Below are positions 25,784 through 32,000 of a stretch of 32,000 nucleotides of DNA, piece by piece. Positions within the stretch are counted from its first letter, which is position 1. Every line of letters starts with the position of its first letter. The notes under the pieces were generated by a model that was not told the DNA's origin, searched no databases, and saw nothing but the letters and a program-made list of their open reading frames with translations. The position numbers and the translations under genes were made by a program. This DNA comes from an uncultured Chloroflexia bacterium (lineage in GTDB: Bacteria; Chloroflexota; Ktedonobacteria; Ktedonobacterales; JADMIN01): NCBI GenBank assembly GCA_963718915.1, contig CAVRAI010000013.1:330001-362000 (forward strand), given 5' to 3'.

Positions 25784-27085
25784 CTAATCGCGAGCGGCCA
25801 GCAATTCGTCGAGCGCCGAGACAATCAACTCGTTTTCCTCGACGGAATTGTAGAAATGTGGCGAGATGCGCAACCGCCCTGGACGCGAGTCGACGATAAT
25901 GCCACGCTGCGCCAGGCTGCTCACCAGCTCCTCCGGTCGCTCCATACTCAACATCACAATAGAGCTACGCACCGCGCCATCCGCCGGGCTGAGCAGCTTC
26001 CAGCCGCGCTCCTGAATCCGCCGGATGAGGTCATCGGCCAGCCAGCGCGTGCGCTCGCGGATGCGCTCGACGCCAACCTCCAGCACGATATCAAGCGAGG
26101 CGTTCGCCGCGAAAATCGGGGCCACTGCGGGTGTGCCTGCCTCCAGCCGCTGCGCATCGTCACGGTACTCGAAGACGCCCGTGCGGAACTCGAACATATC
26201 ACGCGAACCCCACCAGCCGGTGACGCTGGGCCGCACCTTCTGAATCAGGTCTTCCCGTACATAGATAAAGGCCAGCCCGGGGCCGCCCATCAGCCATTTG
26301 AGCGTACCAGTCACCAGAAAATCGATATCCAGCGCCTTCACATCAATTGGGATCTGCCCGGTACCCTGATAGTCGTCAATCAGGACCAGCGCGCCCTGTT
26401 TATGCGCGTGGCTTGTCAGCTTCGCGATATCCTGGATATAGCCGCTGAGATAGAAGACACGCGATGTGGCGACGAGGCCGGTTCGGTTATCTATCGCCGC
26501 CATAAGGCGCTCGGTGGGCATCGTCATGCGGTCAGGGCTTTCGACAAAATCCACCTCGATACCCAGCCGCTGCTTGGCCATCCACTGGTACGCCAGCGTC
26601 GGGAAGTCGAGATCGGCCATGACGATGCGATTGCGGTCGCCCAGATCAAGCCCAGTCGCGATTTCGCTGAGTGCGGCGGAGACATTAGGTGCGATGGCGA
26701 CTTCATGTGGCTGCGCGCCGATAATCCGGGCGAATTTGTTGCGCACCTCGGCAATCTCGCCCACCCAGAGCTTATACCATGCGGACGCGCCATACTCGTT
26801 CCAGAGTTCTTGGAAGCGGGCCATACCTGCCATCGAGCGGGTCGAGAGCGCTCCGAGCGAACAACTGTTGAGGTAGGTCTTGCGCTGCAGGATGGGAAAT
26901 TCTTTGCGCCACGCAAGTAAATCCCGATGTGGTTCGGCGCCCTGCTGCTGCCGAACAGGAGTTGCCGTTCCCCCGCTTCGCTGCGCTCGGGATGTTGTCG
27001 TTGATTTAGACGGTGTTCGCTTGGCCGATGGGGTGGCTATCTTGATTGCCGCGCCGTTGCTGCTCTCAGATGTCTTTCGCTGCAC
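25784..27085 (-). CDS. Class V-fold PLP-dependent enzyme (kynureninase / cysteine-desulfurase-like) with a low-complexity N-terminal extension
   Basis: 433 aa. The GTG start at 27085 is the only in-frame start upstream of the domain, with a GGAGG SD 7 nt upstream. Motifs include FPIL..KTYLNSCSLG, DFPT..Y.W, ALVLIDDYQGTG, and the candidate PLP-lysine motif DFLVTGTLKWLMGGPGLAFIYV. Confidence 0.85.
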   Translation of the reverse strand: MQRKTSESSNGAAIKIATPSAKRTPSKSTTTSRAQRSGGTATPVRQQQGAEPHRDLLAWRKEFPILQRKTYLNSCSLGALSTRSMAGMARFQELWNEYGASAWYKLWVGEIAEVRNKFARIIGAQPHEVAIAPNVSAALSEIATGLDLGDRNRIVMADLDFPTLAYQWMAKQRLGIEVDFVESPDRMTMPTERLMAAIDNRTGLVATSRVFYLSGYIQDIAKLTSHAHKQGALVLIDDYQGTGQIPIDVKALDIDFLVTGTLKWLMGGPGLAFIYVREDLIQKVRPSVTGWWGSRDMFEFRTGVFEYRDDAQRLEAGTPAVAPIFAANASLDIVLEVGVERIRERTRWLADDLIRRIQERGWKLLSPADGAVRSSIVMLSMERPEELVSSLAQRGIIVDSRPGRLRISPHFYNSVEENELIVSALDELLAARD

Positions 27086-27275
27086 GTTGTTGCCTCCGCT
27101 CAGTCCGCCCGTGCTACATTGCTTTCAGGAGGCTATTGTACCACGGCTCATAGCAGTAATAACCACGGAAAATGTCCACTCCTTCCGCGTGCTACACTGC
27201 AACAGCGAACGACATATCAGTGAGGATCAAGCATCGCGTCGCAGACATCGAGACTCATGGCGAACAGGAGCGAAT

Positions 27276-28493
27276 ATGGTCAGCGCGGAGATCGAACTAC
27301 GGGGACACATCATCGATTCATACATTCTGCCGCGCGTCTGGGGCGCCATCGAGGAGGCGGGCGCGCACTTCCATGTCCGCGAGATGCGCATCGGCCAGAG
27401 CGAGACCGAGCCGAGCTATGCCCGTATCGAGGTGTCCGCCGCGAGCCAGCAATTACTCGATGACCTCATCCCCGAGTTGCAGCGTCTGGGCGCCGACCTG
27501 GCGGAGGTTCAGAACGCGCGCACGGCGCTGGTGACACAGCCTGGCGTACTACCCGACGACTTCTACTCCACCACTAATCTGCCGACCGCGGTCCGTGTAG
27601 ATGGCACGTGGCTACCAGTCGCGAAAATCGAGATGGATGTCGCCATCGTCATCAATCGCGAGGCGAAATCAGCGCACACGACGCCGATGCACGAGGTAGG
27701 TGTTGGCGACGCGGTCGTGGTCGGCTACGAAGGCGTCCGCGTCGAGGCCCAGGAGCGCCCCCGCCAGCGCGAGGCTTTCGGCTTCATGCAAAGTCCAGTC
27801 TCTTCCGAACGCGCAAAGGCCCTCGCCATCCGCGATGTCGCCGAGGCCATGATCGCAGCCCGTCAGCGCGGCGGCAAAATCCTCTGGGTGCTTGGGCCGG
27901 CCATTGTCCACACGGCGGCGCGTGGCTCGGTTGCCGAGTTGATCCGGCGCGGCTACGTTCAGGTGATCTTTGGCGGCAATGCCATCGTCGCCCACGATGT
28001 GGAAGCCGCGATGTTTGGCACCTCGCTGGGAGTAAACCTCAGAACGGGCGAGCCAGTGGAGCATGGTCACCGCAACCACCTGCGCGCCATCAACAAGGTG
28101 CGCTCGCTAGGATCGCTCGAGGCCGCGCACGCAGCAGGTCTGCTCGGTGATGGCATCGTCGCCACCTCGCTGGAGCACGGCGTCGATCTGGTACTGGCTG
28201 GCTCGATTCGCGACGACGGGCCGATGCCCGGCGTCATCACCGACAGTGTCGCGGCCCAGGGACGGATGCGTGAGGCGGCGCGCGGTGTGGAGGTAGCGAT
28301 CATGGCCGCCTCGATGCTGCATGCCATCGCCACCGGCAACCTGCTGCCCGCCTCAGTACGGACAGTCGTCGTTGATATCAATCCCGCTGTCGTCACCAAA
28401 CTTGCCGACCGGGGCAGCGCTCAAGTGATGGGCCTCGTCACCGATGTCGAGCTATTCCTCAGCGCGCTGGTGGATGCTTTGCCCACCACATAA
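27276..28493 (+). CDS. TIGR00300-family protein (LOR/SDH conserved-domain enzyme; non-canonical ornithine cyclodeaminase-like)
   Basis: Start at ATG 27276, with an AGGAG SD 5 nt upstream. The N-terminus IELRGHIIDSYILPRVWGAIEEAGAHFHVREMRIGQSETEPSYARIEV matches the L.GHIIDS.IL.KV.D.I...G.F....F..G....DPS.A...V signature of TIGR00300 proteins. 405 aa. The upstream 132 codons of the track ORF are antisense to the neighbouring gene. Confidence 0.85.
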   Translation: MVSAEIELRGHIIDSYILPRVWGAIEEAGAHFHVREMRIGQSETEPSYARIEVSAASQQLLDDLIPELQRLGADLAEVQNARTALVTQPGVLPDDFYSTTNLPTAVRVDGTWLPVAKIEMDVAIVINREAKSAHTTPMHEVGVGDAVVVGYEGVRVEAQERPRQREAFGFMQSPVSSERAKALAIRDVAEAMIAARQRGGKILWVLGPAIVHTAARGSVAELIRRGYVQVIFGGNAIVAHDVEAAMFGTSLGVNLRTGEPVEHGHRNHLRAINKVRSLGSLEAAHAAGLLGDGIVATSLEHGVDLVLAGSIRDDGPMPGVITDSVAAQGRMREAARGVEVAIMAASMLHAIATGNLLPASVRTVVVDINPAVVTKLADRGSAQVMGLVTDVELFLSALVDALPTT

Positions 28494-28622
28494 CAGATGC
28501 CTGGTGCGCGGTAGCGTGATGCCACACACTTCTCGCCCTTCCTTACGTCTGGTACTATGATCGAGCAATCGTCCGACATATCATTGGCTCATTGATGTAA
28601 GGCAAGGGAAGGTATCGCAGGC

Positions 28623-30002
28623 ATGATGAGACGACACCATGCGCGCGGGCTAGCCGCAGTGGCGCTGCTAGCGCTCATGACGCTGCTGGCGGCGTGCGGC
28701 CAGGCCACCGCTCCGGCGACCAATGGCGCGGATGCTGGCCTGCGAGCGTTGACGACACCGTCCGCGACAAGCGGAACGCCAACACCTACAGCTATCCCGC
28801 TGCCGTACACGTTCCCCAAGCAATGGCTACCCGCGCCCGACAGCGCGCACCTGCCGCCTCAAATCGGCAGCTTTATCTTCTCGCCATCATCACCACAGAC
28901 CGGCTATGTCTGCGGCATCACCTCATCATTCGCCGACAACTCTCCCGCCACTCCACCGTTTGTTGTGGCTACCAACACTGGCGGGCAGTCGTGGCATACG
29001 AGTTCAGGCTCCGCCGCGCACGCCAAATCGGCATGCGCCCTTTTCATAGACCAGAACAAAGCCAATGACATCTTCGCGGCAGCTGGTGACCTGCGTGGAC
29101 AACTAACTCTCTTTCGCAGCCAGGACGGCGGCGTGAGCTGGAAGGCTATCAATCAACCAACCATCACAAATATGAATACCATCGTGTTGCAAGTGGCGGT
29201 TGTTCAGACTCGTTTGATTGCCATGATCGGCATGAATGGTGAAGGCGTTCCTCCACATTCCTTCTATGCCAGTGATGACGGTGGCAAATCCTGGGCGCCA
29301 CTTAATATCGTCGTGAACGGCGCGAGTGTGGACGCGAGCGAGCAGTTGTGGTTCGATGGCCCGGCGCTAATCATCGAGGCCGCGCCATCATGCGCACAGG
29401 GATGCGGCTACTCGGCGCCCGTGAGCGACTGGCGCGGAGACCGACAACGCCTCGACGATCCACTCTCCAGCCAGCCACCATCGCCCAATTATTACTACCA
29501 GTCAACCGATGGCGGGCGCACCTGGATACCCTTCCCGACACCTGTGAACAATCTCTCCAACCTCACCTTTACGCGCTCCGCCGATGGCTCAACCACCTAC
29601 GCGCTGGGGACTGCGACTGGTGTGCCCAATCAGCCAGCCGCGACCAACGTCGCGTTCTACTCAACGGACGGCGGCGCGCACTGGCGACAACTGCCAACAC
29701 TGGCAGGCGTCGAGAACGGCTACCTCGATCCCGGCTCGCTAGGGACGTTTGGCGCATCCGTAATGCCTGACGGTTCAGTAGAGTCAGGAGCCTTTCATAC
29801 CACGGGTGGAAACAATAGCAACGTCGCCGGAATATTCCTGATGAGTCCAAGTGATGCGACGCCTACCTGGCGACCTTTGATTACGCTGGCCGATGGCTCC
29901 TTCTGGCAGGCAATCCCGACGACGACGGGTGTCCGCGTCTGGTCAACGCTGACGCGACCAGGCGGCGCCAGCGGGCAGCTCGTCTACTTCGATCTGCCGT
30001 GA
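28623..30002 (+). CDS. Asp-box (BNR) repeat beta-propeller lipoprotein
   Basis: Signal peptide with lipobox (AAVALLALMTLLAACGQ). It has five Asp-box-like motifs: TNTGGQSW, SQDGGVSW, SDDGGKSW, STDGGRTW, STDGGAHW. 459 aa. Confidence 0.8.
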   Translation: MMRRHHARGLAAVALLALMTLLAACGQATAPATNGADAGLRALTTPSATSGTPTPTAIPLPYTFPKQWLPAPDSAHLPPQIGSFIFSPSSPQTGYVCGITSSFADNSPATPPFVVATNTGGQSWHTSSGSAAHAKSACALFIDQNKANDIFAAAGDLRGQLTLFRSQDGGVSWKAINQPTITNMNTIVLQVAVVQTRLIAMIGMNGEGVPPHSFYASDDGGKSWAPLNIVVNGASVDASEQLWFDGPALIIEAAPSCAQGCGYSAPVSDWRGDRQRLDDPLSSQPPSPNYYYQSTDGGRTWIPFPTPVNNLSNLTFTRSADGSTTYALGTATGVPNQPAATNVAFYSTDGGAHWRQLPTLAGVENGYLDPGSLGTFGASVMPDGSVESGAFHTTGGNNSNVAGIFLMSPSDATPTWRPLITLADGSFWQAIPTTTGVRVWSTLTRPGGASGQLVYFDLP

Positions 30003-30026
30003 CCCTTCAATCGGAAATCGCGAACC

Positions 30027-31292
30027 CTATCCAGCCGCCTCAAGTTCGGACAATGGTTTAGCATTGCGCACATGCGGGTTGAATGTCGCAAGCACGGTTA
30101 CGAACGCCTGGAGCGCCATGAAGGCAAGCACTGTCACCAGCGGGTTGAAGGCTTCGAGCAGGAAGCCTGTCATTGCGAGGCCAATCGGCTGCCCAGCAAA
30201 GGCGATCAGGCGGAAGACACTATTGACGCGCCCCTGTAACTCATCGGGGATAAGCGCCAGCCGATAGCTCATCTGCACGACGTTATACACCGGACCGCTC
30301 ACAAATGCCACAGCTACAACAATGCCCAGCCAGATCGGGTTGGGCGCCAGAGCATAGAGCGGGAACAGGATAGTCCACAGCCACATCATGCCAATAATCA
30401 CCGTGGCAAAAGGCGCGCGCTTCTGTACCCACGGCGCGATGGCAGCGCCCAGGATGCCACCAATACCGCCAATAGTAAAGATGAGACCAACCACCAGCGA
30501 CGAGGCATGCATCTGATCCCGCGCGACAACAATGATGATGAGCACAAGTCCTGGGATGTTGGTGACGCCCGTCAGCACGGCGATAAAGCGGATGAGTGGC
30601 TGATGCCAGAGCCAGGCAAGTCCCTCGGCAATCTCTGTCCGTAGCGAGCGCCGGGTCTCGGCTTTTCGCTCTCCCTGGAAGCGCGCGGGAATGAAGAACA
30701 GCGTCACGACTGAGCAGGCGTACGATATGGCATCGGCGACGAATGGCAATAGCGCGTGCAGGCCGAACAGCGCGCCGCCCAGCGCGGGACCCACCAGCGT
30801 TGCTGTTCCGTCTGTCGCGGCATTCTGCGCGGTGGCCGCGGGAAGCTGCCCCTTCGAGACGACCCGCGGCAGACAGGCTACCTCCGCGATGTTAAAAAAA
30901 ACGAAGAGCGACCCCTCCACCGCCGACACAATATAGAGCTGCGCCAGGCTGAGATGATCCAGCGCCAGCGCAACGGGGATGCTGCCCATCGCGATGGCGC
31001 GTCCGGTGTCGCAAAGCATCATCACGCGCTTGCGGTCCCACCGATCCACCAGCGCGCCAGCGGGCAGGCTGAAAAACAAATAGGGCAGCGCGCGCACAGC
31101 GCCCATGAGACCGGCCTGAGCGGGTGAGTTCGTCAGGAAGAGCACCAACAACGGGAAGGCGACGGTCGATACCTCTGTGCCTATCGTGGAGATGGCCTGA
31201 CCGCTCCAGAGCAGCATGTAGCTACGATTGCGCCAGAGCCGCTCAGGACGTGTCGCGCGCGGTTGTTCGGCTGGCATCGCGGATGTGGTCAT
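30027..31292 (-). CDS. MFS transporter (EntS/DUF894-like subfamily)
   Basis: 421 aa with about 12 TM segments. The N-terminus LWRNRSYMLLWSGQAISTIGTEVSTVAFPLLVL and the motif GALVDRWDRKRVMM are typical of this MFS subfamily. Its ATG overlaps the stop of the upstream ArsR gene (ATGA). Confidence 0.9.
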   Translation of the reverse strand: MTTSAMPAEQPRATRPERLWRNRSYMLLWSGQAISTIGTEVSTVAFPLLVLFLTNSPAQAGLMGAVRALPYLFFSLPAGALVDRWDRKRVMMLCDTGRAIAMGSIPVALALDHLSLAQLYIVSAVEGSLFVFFNIAEVACLPRVVSKGQLPAATAQNAATDGTATLVGPALGGALFGLHALLPFVADAISYACSVVTLFFIPARFQGERKAETRRSLRTEIAEGLAWLWHQPLIRFIAVLTGVTNIPGLVLIIIVVARDQMHASSLVVGLIFTIGGIGGILGAAIAPWVQKRAPFATVIIGMMWLWTILFPLYALAPNPIWLGIVVAVAFVSGPVYNVVQMSYRLALIPDELQGRVNSVFRLIAFAGQPIGLAMTGFLLEAFNPLVTVLAFMALQAFVTVLATFNPHVRNAKPLSELEAAG

Positions 31293-31969
31293 TCATCGTC
31301 CTCTTTGCTGCTCTCGTCTCTATCATCATCGGATTGCGATTGCTCTGGCAGTGGTCCATCCTGCAAATACGGGGGCGACTGAAACAACGCGACCGAGAGG
31401 CTAAACACCGTACCCTCGCCCGTCACAGGCTCCGCGATAAACTCTTCAACTAGCTCCATCAGGCGCCGTTCATAGTAGGCCTGGCGTTCCGCAGTCAATC
31501 GCGTGTGCGGAAATGCTGTCTTCACCAGCGCATCCTGGCCGCTATCTACCAGCGTCTCCGCAAGCTCATCGCGGGCGTCGGTCAGAAATCGCACCAACGC
31601 AGGCACTTTTCCAGTGACAACATCGGGGAAGTTATAGGTGAAGATGCGCGCTGTCCGGGTATAGTACTTGGCGACGATGCCGCGCACCAGCCGCCGCGCA
31701 ACCACTTTCGCCAGCCCGGCGGACTCGAGCACCTGTAAGTGATGGCCAATTGTGCCTGGCGGCATCTTGAGGCGATCCGCAATTTGCTTGGCTGTCGCGG
31801 GCCTGCTCTGAATGATGCCCAGGATGCGATGGCGAACTGGGTCTGCCAGCGCTTTCATCTGCCGCGGCGTATCAACATCGAGCGAGAGCGGAAGCTCTGG
31901 CATGGTCACTGGCACATCTTCCGGGAGCACCTCTGGCTCATTCCGCTCAGCCGACTCGGCATCATCCAT
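31289..31969 (-). CDS. ArsR-family winged-helix transcriptional regulator with an acidic C-terminal tail
   Basis: 226 aa. A GGAGA SD lies 6 nt upstream. LADPVRHRILGIIQSRPATAKQIADRLKMPPGTIGHHLQVLESAGL is the ArsR/SmtB HTH core. It is translationally coupled to the MFS gene. Confidence 0.9.
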   Translation of the reverse strand: MDDAESAERNEPEVLPEDVPVTMPELPLSLDVDTPRQMKALADPVRHRILGIIQSRPATAKQIADRLKMPPGTIGHHLQVLESAGLAKVVARRLVRGIVAKYYTRTARIFTYNFPDVVTGKVPALVRFLTDARDELAETLVDSGQDALVKTAFPHTRLTAERQAYYERRLMELVEEFIAEPVTGEGTVFSLSVALFQSPPYLQDGPLPEQSQSDDDRDESSKEDDE

Positions 31970-32000
31970 AGTCGCTCTCCATCACTCACCCCCGAGGTAG

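Noticed and set aside
25547-26920. Long ORFs antisense to confident genes, for example 25547..26920 (457 aa), 8925..9773, 5273..6106, 6054..6686, 4128..4763, 1576..2163, 23277..23987, 11459..12100, 16622..17308 and 18213..18848.
   Set aside because: They are typical high-GC shadow ORFs. They are Arg/His/Gln/Asp-rich without motifs, and the opposite strand in each case carries clear family signatures and Shine-Dalgarno-supported starts.
1-32000. I scanned the window for CRISPR repeats, tRNA T-loop/acceptor patterns (GGTTCGAATCC-like), rRNA, IS inverted repeats, transposase or integrase motifs, and canonical defence genes.
   Set aside because: None was found by eye. The only tandem repeat is the nrdJ 12-mer. 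The GGTTCGA at 7951 lies within the SMI1/KNR4 coding sequence and lacks tRNA context.

Overview
The window is high-GC (roughly 58-60% by eye) bacterial chromosomal DNA. It holds about 27 protein-coding genes or gene remnants. I found no rRNA, tRNA, CRISPR array, transposase or integrase. The gene content suggests a Gram-positive-type, possibly Chloroflexota-like organism, but that is weak inference: class II RNR with a C-terminal zinc ribbon, CinA, an MglA-like GTPase, DUF2079, many USP/BON proteins and Asp-box lipoproteins.

Layout from left to right:
- 1-1414: poorly coding, lower-GC DNA with one small lipoprotein gene.
- 1415-6826: a stress-type cluster with a P-type ATPase fragment, USP fragment, tandem USP, flavodoxin-like protein, BON protein, truncated DsrE-like protein and a CPA2 antiporter.
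- 7284-8351: a SMI1/KNR4 (SUKH) immunity-like gene followed by a decayed acidic ORF.
- 8475-10995: nrdJ, broken by a frameshift, with a candidate promoter and NrdR boxes. cinA lies divergent to it.
- 12864-18644: a minus-strand envelope block of GT2 polyprenyl-phosphate glycosyltransferase, flippase-like membrane protein, DUF2079 membrane protein, then a Ser/Thr kinase.
- 18839-22834: hotdog thioesterase, mglA with no mglB partner, and a large AAA-TPR-LuxR regulator broken by a 1-nt frameshift.
- 23016-30002: DUF4242, then two paralogous Asp-box lipoproteins that flank a divergent amino-acid-metabolism cluster (class V PLP enzyme, OCD/mu-crystallin, TIGR00300 LOR/SDH-type enzyme).
- 30027-31969: an ArsR-MFS pair.

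No canonical defence system or mobile element is evident. The most notable points are:
1. An unusual density of frame disruptions and truncated genes, from assembly error or real gene decay.
2. The GT2/flippase-like/DUF2079/kinase operon, a candidate three-component extracytoplasmic glycosylation system.
3. Two non-homologous cyclodeaminase-type enzymes sitting next to a PLP enzyme.

All family assignments come from motif recognition by eye, not from database searches.
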